Program-made: the position numbers and the translations under genes
NCBI RefSeq assembly: GCF_004010195.1
Contig: NC_057755.1
Coordinates: forward strand, 4,221,499-4,241,498
Direction: 5' to 3'
Source of the DNA: Chiloscyllium plagiosum
Taxonomy: Eukaryota
Length of the DNA: 20,000 nt
The notes under the pieces: model-generated
The model's input: the letters and a program-made list of their open reading frames with translations, nothing else
The model's database searches: none
Told to the model about the DNA's origin: nothing
Part shown: one piece after another, positions 10,944 through 20,000 of the stretch
How the letters are laid out: the number at the start of each line of letters is the position of its first letter
Numbering within the stretch: the stretch's first letter is position 1

Positions 10944-12045
10944 ATGGCTGCCCTACTGTCAGTTTCTAACAAATACCTTTTATTCTTACGAGAAAGTCAA
11001 CCTTATTCGATTTCAAATCAGTTTAATAAGCAGCAACCTTTTTTGTTTCAGACTCGCTTGTTTCCACTTAATATTAAGTCTGCTGTGTTTAATTGGTGAT
11101 CACTGATAAGCACAGTTGTAGTCTTATTGAGGGAGTCTCCTCCCTCAATGACTATTGAAGTTTCAGTTCAATATTGGATTGCGATAAATCATCTAACAAA
11201 ATTAGAACCCGATGGTTAATATCTGTGTCTTTGGATTCAGCCATTATTCATGCACTAGAAGTTTGCTTTTTCATTTGAACAGACAAAACCTTTTGAGGCA
11301 GCTTCCGTTATTTCACGACCTTTAGCATTGTAAATGTGCAATGACTGGTCAAGACCAATCTTGGACTTTTAGGGTAATTATAGTGGATTTCAATGTTGGG
11401 AACCGTGTACATTTTACGTTTTAAATATTAAATGATGAACAAATGAATTTGCAATTTATATTGATGACTGAAAGAAAATAACATGCGGCATGTTACTTAG
11501 ATACATAGTGTAAAAATAATGACCAGAGATATATTACCACAGAGGAGATCTGCTCTCAAAACAAGAAAAGAGAACTAACCACTGTTGATCCTCCAATGTC
11601 CACAAAAAGAAATGAAAACTTGTTTTCCAGGCTCTTCTTCAGCTGGATCCCCACTCAATAATGGGCAAAGTGTGCTTGGTAACACTCCACTCAATATCCA
11701 CACTAAATTCTATCCACATCATTAGCAGTCTCTAAAAATGTAAAAGGACTACTGACTGACTTAAGCAGTCACCGCTGTCACCCAGAATTCCACCCTTTGG
11801 ACAATAGGGACAGCCAAACACATCAAGGAATAGGTGTTAAATCAATCGCTATTTCATTTGTAGCATCACTGCCCCATTGCCATGGAGTAAGCAGGCTCAA
11901 TAATTTCGCAGCCATGTGATACAGTGACCAGGATGATTGAAAGAGACAAATCACCTATTTTGTTATTCTCCTCTTGCAAATTTTGATTCGCTGAAAATTC
12001 AAGTCCGAAGAGTAACTTTCAGATTATTTATTATTATTTTTTAAT

Positions 12046-12344
12046 TAGATTACATTGCAGTGTGGAAACAGGCCCTTCGGCCCAATAAGTCCACACCGAC
12101 CCGCCGAAGTGCAACCCACCTACATTTACACCTTACCTAACACTACGGGCAATTTCGCATGGCCAATTCACATTTCCTGCACATCTTTGGACTGTGGGAG
12201 GAAACTGGAGCACACGTAGGAAACCTGCGCAGACTCGGGGAGAACGTGCAAACTCCACACAGTCAGTCGCCTGATGCGGTATTTGAACCTGGGTCTCTGG
12301 CGCTGTGAGGCAGGAGTGCTAACCACTGTGCCACCGTGCCGCCC
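12046..12344 (-). mobile_element. HE1-type tRNA-derived V-SINE, full length
   Basis: Minus strand begins GGGCGGCACGGTGGCACAGTGGTTAGCAC (A box), then GGTTCAAATACC (B box), V domain TGTGTGGAGTTTGCACGTTCTCCCCG and tail GGGCCGAAGGGCCTGTTTCCACACTG. Confidence 0.92.
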
Positions 12345-12714
12345 ACTAATGACAATTATGACAATCAAGATTCCAAAATGTATAGTTAGCAACAGGCTTT
12401 AAAGTTAGACAAACATAAATTGTTAAATTGGTTAAATAAGGTTAAAATTAAATTAGAGCCGAGGAGATCAACAACAGAAGGGAACGGAATGATGCAATAA
12501 CAAGGATAAAACAAGGATAAAGCAGTAGAATACAGATTTTAAAAATGTTTTAGTTAGATTCCCACACTGAATTACAGATAATGATTCATTTATTCATTAC
12601 TTTATTATGATACTTTATACTATTTATAATAATCAGTTGTATTCGCCCCAATCAAATTTCATTGGCAGGGTCGCTTGTTTTAATTCCATTGCACATTGTC
12701 AGTGACCTGTCTTA

Positions 12715-13095
12715 TTGCCTCATGGCTAACTTAAAACATGGCTGCATTAATTTATTGTTAATTAAACAATGGAAAGATAACTTACTGTCCAGTTGAAGAC
12801 ATTCTGTATGTGATTGGGGGATTGAACCATGATGCAAGTTACAGGTAAACCAAATTATATCCAGCGCCCTCACGATCCCAAAAGCCATATGCCAGTCCTG
12901 ATATGGTTGATTGGAACCAGGATAGCCAATGGGGGCGGAACCTACTTCATGCACCAACCCGACGACCACTGCTGGACAACCTTTTCCCGAAAATGGGGAC
13001 AGGCAATTCCCAGAACTTCACCTTTGAGACGAGGAACAAGAAAGCAAAATCTCCCAGGGACATACGCCTGGCCCTTGCTTTAACTGTTGAAATGT
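12715..13095 (+). pseudogene. gag: ERV gag 3' remnant (nucleocapsid zinc-knuckle half)
   Basis: 13067-13090 reads PGPCFNC* (TGA where Gly is expected), the first half of a CX2CX4HX4C knuckle. It lies between the LTR and RNase H; the upstream boundary is approximate. Confidence 0.5.
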
Positions 13096-13124
13096 GACCA
13101 AGGCGGAGTAATAAGTTTTTAATG

Positions 13125-13403
13125 GTAGCTCGGAACTGATGTTGGGAATCGGCATGCTTTCATCCTATCAAAAGGAAAATCTACAAATATACACTGACTC
13201 TTCATTGTGTTTTTAAAATGATCCACGATGTTGGAGTTTTGTGGGAACATTGAAGATTTGTAACCACCCAAGGGGGCAGTGTTATAGTAATGCTATTTTG
13301 TCCAATCAATCTGACGCTTTTCAAGATGTTTAGCTCATGCCAATAAAGCTGATACTGTTTCTAAAGTAGTGGGTAAGTATATGCAGCTGCCAAGTAGGCC
13401 GGC
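13125..13403 (+). pseudogene. pol: ERV pol RNase H remnant (gamma/epsilon-like)
   Basis: Across frameshifts: ILSKGKSTN-YTDS, CVFKMIHDVGVLWEH*RFVTTQG, RCLAHANKADTVSK, YAAAK*A, matching the NIYTDSRYAF..HDFG.LW..RGFLT / KC.AH / D.AAK.A pattern. Confidence 0.75.
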
Positions 13404-14630
13404 TTTCACAGCAAACTTCTGAGCCCATTGGGTCCCCCAGCAAAACCCGGTTAGACACAGAATAAGGACGGGTATGCCAGCTCTGGGTAAGGTACAGAAA
13501 TCACCGGGGAATGAGACTATCTGTTCAGTGCCAATTCACAATGTAAAGGTTGATATATCTATTGCTTACTCACTGTAAAAAAGTTTACTGTTTGAATCAT
13601 TTTCCATATTGTTTAGAAATTTGGAAGTAATTTTCAAATGACCATTTCTGAAATGATACAGGCACTTTATATTAAAATATACTACTGACTGAATTATCAA
13701 GTGATTTGAGTTCATACATAGACACTAAGACTAAATGTCGTTGCTTTGTGTTTGCAGCTTATCTGAATGCACACTAGTTGATTTGATTTATCTTTGGACG
13801 GGGCTGTTAGATGTAAGGAGGAATGTCCGGCTGAACTATTACCTTCAATTAGATATTTGATACTGAACAGTGATGGTTTATAATTTTAAGACTGTGCCAA
13901 TGTCCAAATTCAAGGTTCGCTCAATATTAGAAAATGTCAGTGTGGTTTGAAAGCTTTGTGTCATGTTACTATAATTTGGGGACAGCATTGCCCACCAGCT
14001 ACTCATCGCCAACTTTTCTGCTCAAAATGACCATCTGGTTGCTACACTGAATTCTAAATACTGTTAACTACAGCTGTAGGTCGGGCCATTCGATTGGGCA
14101 CGAAGTTGACGTATGATTTTAAAGAGAATACAATATATTGCGGAACTAATCTAAATTTTAGGTAAAATTGATGTTTTTCGCAGCAAACCTTCGAAGACTA
14201 TTACCTCTTAGCAAAGCTGGCTTTATAAAAATAGGATTGTTTAATTCGCCCATGCCAGGGCTCCTCCATATAAAGTAAGAAAATAATGGATAGGAAGGGA
14301 ATCTCTGGTGCAAAGTTTAAAAATAATGAGCCTTTTGCCAGTGTGAGCGATATATTTACTCAAGTGGGCTACATGAGTTTGATTAAATTGAGAATTATTT
14401 ATTTCAAAATTGCTCTTAAGACTTCTAGCCTGCTGATGGGCACACATTATGGCCTCAAATAGGGTACTCCCACGATATTCAAACCAGAATATAGGTGAGT
14501 CCTACTACATGAGTTTGTGTTACTGCTTTGCTGCTGCATATTTTAATTGAGGATGTGTATATTGTATACACTTATATACAAGGAGGGAATGGTTTATACT
14601 TTATTACAATGGACACTCCACGGCCTCATA

Positions 14631-14777
14631 CCCTGATGGGAAGGACCCTTCCAGGTCGTCCTCACCACCCCAACTGTTGCTTAGGTCGCAGAACGTTCTG
14701 GCTGAGTCCATCTCCATCATTGCAAGGTCATCAGAAAAGCCACTTGCACGCGGGATGGAAGAGGAGAGATAATATAG
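14631..14777 (+). pseudogene. pol: ERV pol integrase C-terminal (GPY/F) remnant
   Basis: One frame reads P*WEGPFQVVLTTPTVA*VAERSG*VHLHHCKV, matching the gamma/epsilon-retroviral PRWxGPY/FxVLLTTPTAxKV...WIHxxHxK motif; the stops fall at the R, K and W positions. Confidence 0.9.
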
Positions 14778-16580
14778 ATCGAACTTGCCCGGCTGTGTGG
14801 ACTTGCCATTGCCAGCTTTGGAGCACAAGAAGGGACAGTTTACCTGTGCGATCCAGAGCAACCAGAGACTGTGTATCATCTCTGCCAGGAAGATGTCCTT
14901 GTGTGCCAAGAGACTGAATGTTACCAAGAATGAGTAATGCAGTGGTCAACTGCATCAAAAAGATTGAACAGTTCATTTACAGAACAAATCTAAATGGTCT
15001 TTACCCTGTAAAGGTGTTGTGTGCCAGTTAAATTTCATTTGTACTATGGGCATCCCTGGTCAGCCATGTCCCCTTTTAGATAGATCATGCAGTAAAAGAG
15101 GAAAGGTGGGATGCGATCTTTCACTAACAATTTGTTTCTCGAAACCCATAATAACTTATTTGGAGAGGTTGAAGTTACGCCTTTACTTCAGCAATAGACT
15201 CCCTGACCTCTTTTCTCCTTCTAAATCCTATCATGGGGGTATCGAATAGTTCTAAAGTATTTACAGGATTATGGACATCCTCCAATAAATCCGCAATATC
15301 CTATCCAAATTGCTACAACAGTAACGGATGGGGGTGCACGGATTGGAGTGTACTTATGTAAAATTGCCTACAATTATCCCCTGTGCTATGCCTAAATGTA
15401 TCAGTTGTCACTGTTTCCCGGAAGGACCACACATTCCTTCAGGAGGAATGTGTCTCTATTACCTCTGGTATTCAAATTCTTTGTGGGGTATTTTACCACC
15501 ACCAACTTCATTATGATACACCTAATTGCACTAATATTTTCCCCGTTATTGGATGGGTAGAACCATTCTGCGATGTCGATCACGTTTCTTATCAAGAGAC
15601 CCACCTCATTCGACTGAATGATTTCCAGCCTTTTTGTTCGGAACCAAACTATATAATCAAGGATTACCCAGGTACCTCAGGAAGTCACAAAGATAGGCCC
15701 GCTTCTTATTGGGAAGGTCACTCCATTATCTATACTTAACCTGGATATTATTATTCAGTTATAGTGAGGCATCTTGTCCTGAATACAGCAAGTACTCCAC
15801 GTGTTGTAGCTGTCGAAGCATTATTTCCAACTCCTGTTCCCTGTCCAATTACCTGGCACCGAGATTCAAATTCCCGTGTCAAACTTTCAGTTTCTCCTGA
15901 GTTTTGTGCAGAATGGAAGGATCCAAAGTTTCTATCAAATAGTAAAACTCACTCATTAACATATGCAGCACTTAGTGTTCTTTCCGTTAGAGGGTCTTCA
16001 GGAGTTATTAGTCATCAAAACATTTGTGGACGCACAATCTCATGAAATGAGACAATTGCTTCCTAATCGAGGTAAGGGTCGTGCTTTCAGAATTGTGCCT
16101 ATTTACCCAACAAAACCGCGATGCTCTCGATTACATTATTGTGAATGAAGATGGCATTTGCATCATAGTCAAAGGAAAGTGCATCATGGGGGTCACTAAC
16201 TTTATCGAAAACATTACTGGACAAATAGATATCATCCGCACTTCTGTCAACCAAATGAATGAAGGTGCAGGGTGGGGAGATTGGGGTTTTGGTTTATGGT
16301 ACAAAGGGCTTATCAATATGGCTATGTATGCTGCTATTGTTCATTTGGTCATTTTGTTAGTATTGCTATTGATCAGTGTATTATTGCTAAAATATTAATT
16401 TATATTGACAACATTGGTTTCACCCAGAAAATACTAATTCTCCACTTTGATGATGATGATGCGGAAGCATCATCGCCGGTCCCTGATTCCTCTTCAGAGG
16501 AAGAGAAAGGATTGCAGTCTTTCGCTGCCATAGAATTGGATGAATTTGGTCCATGCCTTTATGGTGTAGTCATTGAATGA
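14750..16580 (+). pseudogene. env: ERV env pseudogene (right-arm copy): Cys-rich SU and filovirus-GP2-like TM
   Basis: Directly follows integrase. Signal-like LARLCGLAIAS; Cys-rich SU fragments; RVKL at 15875-15886 at the furin-site position; Cys at 15905 and 16025; NET at 16046; ISD-like QQNRDALDYII; C-x6-C; Trp-rich WGDWGFGLW; TM anchor; tail ending in TGA at 16578-16580. Start is approximate. Confidence 0.9.
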
Positions 16581-16593
16581 TCAACGCAGGGAA

Positions 16594-17264
16594 GGAGGAT
16601 CTATAATTTGAATTTAGCTGTTGTCAGATGCAACAAGTATATGTAGATTTTTATTAACTACGAAATAGCTTTTCAATTTAAAATAACACAACATAATGGC
16701 TAAAAGTAAGAACTTGACTCTGTGAACTTGTGCTGCTGCTTTGTTGAGTTAATCTAAATAGAAGATAAGTGATTATAATGGATTTTCATAATATGAATTA
16801 TAAGACAGTGATTTCGTATTTGAGGTAAACTTGAACTAGTAAACATGCGTACAACAATCTATTTCCCTTGAAATGTCATTGGATTAGCCTGTCGTCAATC
16901 ATGTCACTATATTACAGTCGATTGGACTTTTCTGCTAATTAAGATACTTTTCCCAGGAAATATCATTGGATTAACCTCCTGTAAATGATGTCACCTTATT
17001 AGATATGATTGGTCTTTTCTTGTAATTCAGGCTGTACTATCTATAAAAAACATAAGTAATAAGTAATTGTCAAATGTATTTGCACTATTTCTCTACGGAG
17101 CACAGAAACGTTTAACCTCCGTGTTGCTTGGCAAATCTACCCCAGTCTACCTCTATTTATTAATTTATTAAACGTGTAACCTTGCTTTAAACAGATTGTA
17201 CTCCGAATCATTCTTTTGACGAGTCCTAAAACCAAGAGGGCCTGCAACGGGGTATAAATCTTCA
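16594..17264 (+). mobile_element. ERV 3' LTR (671 bp)
   Basis: Follows AGGGAA (short PPT-like run); starts GGAGGATCTATA (TGAGG... in the left copy) and ends TATAAATCTTCA (12-bp imperfect inverted termini); tandem U3 units 16861-17030; TATAAAA 17042-17048; ATTAAA 17167-17172. Confidence 0.82.
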
Positions 17265-18665
17265 CTCCAACAGGACCTCCCTATTCTTATGTCTCGAATG
17301 GTAAAGGCACATATCCTATACGCCTTCTGAACGACCCTATTAACCTGTCCTGCTACCTTTAGAGATCTGTTAACAAGCTCCTCAAGATCTTTTGGTTCCT
17401 TTGCCCTACCTAGTGTCGTATTATTCATTGAGTACTGCCTTCTTTTGAAGCTTCTAGTAACCGGTATCACCTACAGGTTTATCAGGGTTACATTCCACCT
17501 GTCATTGATCTGCCCATTCACCAACCTTTCTATTTCTGATTGTCACCGAAGAATATTTTTCTCACTGTCAAACATCCGATCAATATTTGTGACATGGCAA
17601 ACATATTTATCATCCCCACACACACTCAGCCCCTACAGCACACACATTCACAACACACAAGCATACTCTGACACACACAAACACGAACACACAGACTCAC
17701 TCACATACAGACACAACAGACACACACACACATGTGCACACGTGTGCATGCACAAAAAGGCACATTCTTCATTATCATTTATGAATATCACCAACAGTAA
17801 GGGACCCAACATTCATCCGAGTAGTACACCACTTCATCTGATCACCAGCCTTCAATTACACATCCAGCTTTCTATCAACACCCTCTGCCTCCTCTGACAG
17901 AGCAAATTTTGGAACCAAATTGCTAATTAATTGTGGATGCAACGTGCTTTTACCTTAGTTATCAATCTCCCATGTGCTGCCTTGTCAAAGGCCTTGGTGA
18001 AAGCCATACACACTGCATCAGTTGCCCTACTCTCATCGACAGACACGGTCAACTACACGAAAAGTCCCATCAAGTTTGTGAGCGGCACGGTGGCACAGTG
18101 CTTAGCACTGCTGCCTCACAGCACCAGAGACCCGGGTTCAATTCCCAACTCAGGCGACTGACTGTGTGGAATTTGCACATTCTCCCCGTGTTTCCTCTGG
18201 GTGCTCCGGTTTCCTCCCAGAGTCCAAATATGTAAAGGTCAGGTGAATTGGCCATGCTAAATTGCCTGTTGTGTTAGGTTAATGAATGGGAATGGGTGGG
18301 TTACGCTTCGGCGGGTCGGTGTGGACTTGTTGTAAATACTGTAAATAATCTCATCTAATCTCTGTAACAAAGCCGCAGTGACTGATCTAGCCTTGCCACT
18401 CAAAATGGAGATCAATTCTCTCCTTCAGAATTTTCTCTAATAGTTTCCCGTGCACTGCGAATCACTGACGTGTAATTCCAGGTCAATCTCCACCACACTT
18501 CTTGAAAAGTGGAAACACATCAGCTGTGCTGAAGTCCTCTGATTCATCGGGTAGCTGAAGAGGAATTAAAAATTTGATCACAGTACTTGTAATTTCCACG
18601 ATCATCGCCTTGGTTACAGCTCCCGCAGACCTCAGGACTTGTCCACTTTTGGACTCGCCAAAACT
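17265..18665 (-). mobile_element. CR1-clade LINE ORF2 fragment (mirror of 3415-4530) with a (CA)n tract and a nested SINE
   Basis: ADVFPLFKK, DLEELVNRSLKVAGQVNRVVQKAY motifs; (CA)n-rich tract about 17615-17755. Confidence 0.85.
18081..18360 (+). mobile_element. HE1-type V-SINE, present only in the right arm
   Basis: GCGGCACGGTGGCACAGTGCTTAGCAC A box, GGTTCAATTCCC B box, V domain; the matching left-arm site (about 3720-3730) is empty. Confidence 0.9.
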
Positions 18666-18671
18666 ACTGTA

Positions 18672-18885
18672 TAGAATAGAATCCTTACAGTGTAGAAACA
18701 GGCCCTTCGGCCCAACAAGTCCATGCCGACCCTCCGAAGGGCAACCCATACTGGCCCAATACTCTCCATCTAGCCGCAACGAATGCACCCAACCTAGTCT
18801 TACCCGAACATGATGGGCACTTTAGCTTGGTCAATTCATCTAACCTGCACATCTTTGGATTGTGGGAGGAAACCAGAGCACCTGG
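18672..18885 (-). mobile_element. HE1-type V-SINE, 5'-truncated (mirror of 3185-3410)
   Basis: GAAACAGGCCCTTCGGCCCAACAAGTCC tail and AACCTGCACATCTTTGGATTGTGGGAGGAAACCAGAGCAC V-domain end. Confidence 0.85.
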
Positions 18886-19388
18886 AGGATCAAGACATTC
18901 CAACGTCCTTTAAAGCTAAGTGAGAGAAAGAATTCTTAATAAAACACTCATAATGTTGATGCATGAGGCATTTTACACACACACATTCAAGCACATGCAT
19001 GACACATATGCCTCTCACACGTAAATTATTCTTCTACCTTTCTGCTGAATACATTACTTTGTACAGGAAAACAGTTCCCTCGGCTTATCAATGATTCCTT
19101 CAGGCTTCCCACTGAAAAAATACACGAACCCATCTCAATCAGAGGCAACCTAAATGGTTTCACAATTGTTCACAGTCAATCCAATTAAATAAATTTTCAG
19201 CCCCATTATGTCTACATTCCCATTTGGTAGAAATCAAATAATGAGAAATTAATATTACACACAATGTTAAATAACAAAACAGAAAACCTTTATTTTGTTT
19301 ATTGGAACAAAAGTATCACGTTTGGGTTCGAAATATTCAGATACTTCCAAAGTATTATGATGGACTCAGGTCATCTTATCATGGTTAA

Positions 19389-19590
19389 AGTGGCGCTGGA
19401 AGAGCACAGCAGGACAGGCAGTATCCGAGGAGCAGAAAAATCGAAGTTTCGGGCAATAGCCCTTCGTCCTGATGAAGTGCTTTTGCCCGAAACATCGATT
19501 TTTCTGCTCCTCAGATGCTGCCTGACCTGCTGTGCTTTTCCATCACCACTCTAATCTTGACTCTAATCTCCAAAATCCGCATCACCACCT
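19389..19590. mobile_element. Two head-to-head Penelope-like terminal repeats forming a roughly 80-bp-arm palindrome with hammerhead cores
   Basis: 19390-19468 is the approximate reverse complement of 19471-19550; the + arm has CTGATGA (19469)...GAAAC (19489) ATC. Confidence 0.8.
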
Positions 19591-20000
19591 CTGACAAGTT
19601 TTATCATGATGGCTTCCGGAACTTCAGTTTAATGTGTGATTGGAATTTTGCCTCTAATACTATTATTGTCAATTGTTGTAAAAAAAACCCATTGTTTCAC
19701 TCATGTCCTTTTGGGGAAAGAAAACTACTGTCTGTACCTGGTGTGGTCTACATGTGACTGGTCTGTTTGTTGGAGGCCAGCCATTTAAACTCCAGGACTT
19801 CACTGCTAGCGTTCCTCAAGAATGTGTCTGAGGCCTAATTGTGTTTCGTGACTGACTAACTGCCACTCCCTCAATCATAACGTCATAAATCAGAATCCGT
19901 TAACACAATGACTTGTGATGTAGAGAAGCAAGGTAATCTTTAGGTTCAACTTGCCAACTGCCGTGTCTCTCTCTCTCTCCCTCTCCCTCTCTCTCTCTCT

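Larger units (their letters stand above)
14742..20000 (+). repeat. Right arm of the inverted segmental duplication (partner 2110-6913); runs off the window
   Basis: See left arm; collinear reverse-complement match from ACTTGCA at 14742 to the (CT)n tract at the window end. Confidence 0.95.

Noticed and set aside
12270..12344. tRNA gene (also 18081-18150)
   Set aside because: The A and B boxes continue into a V domain and LINE tail; these are SINE heads.
13890..14150. Faint resemblance of CANVQIQGSLNI...IYCG to adenovirus early proteins
   Set aside because: Only a few residues, inconsistent spacing, from memory; not supportable.
15875..16400. Non-retroviral endogenous filovirus element
   Set aside because: The glycoprotein is flanked by a retroviral integrase tail and an LTR; no NP, VP35 or L-like sequence was seen.
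14750..16580. Domesticated, syncytin-like intact env
   Set aside because: Both copies have multiple stops and frameshifts, several of them shared, and a degraded cleavage site.

Overview
Vertebrate, repeat-rich genomic DNA, very probably from a shark or other cartilaginous fish (HE1-type V-SINEs, CR1 LINEs, Penelope-like fragments), with two assembly gaps (6914-7413, 8978-9072). The main structure is a large, diverged inverted segmental duplication (about 2110-6913 versus 14742-20000). Each arm carries the env gene and 3' LTR of a dead endogenous retrovirus. On the + strand the provirus can be followed as 5' LTR (<=9073-9528), gag remnant, RNase H remnant, integrase C-terminus, env (about 14750-16580) and 3' LTR (16594-17264); protease, RT and the integrase core are missing. 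The reconstructed Env TM subunit resembles filovirus GP2: Cys-flanked internal fusion loop, ICG-x5-NETT, NR-x-ALD, GG-x-C-x6-C, NIT-x2-ID. It lacks the third Cys of CX6CC. Between the arms, an exon too short for the ORF track (8155-8288, +) encodes an intact six-cysteine beta-defensin-like peptide. All comparisons with known proteins are by eye and from memory; no database search was run.
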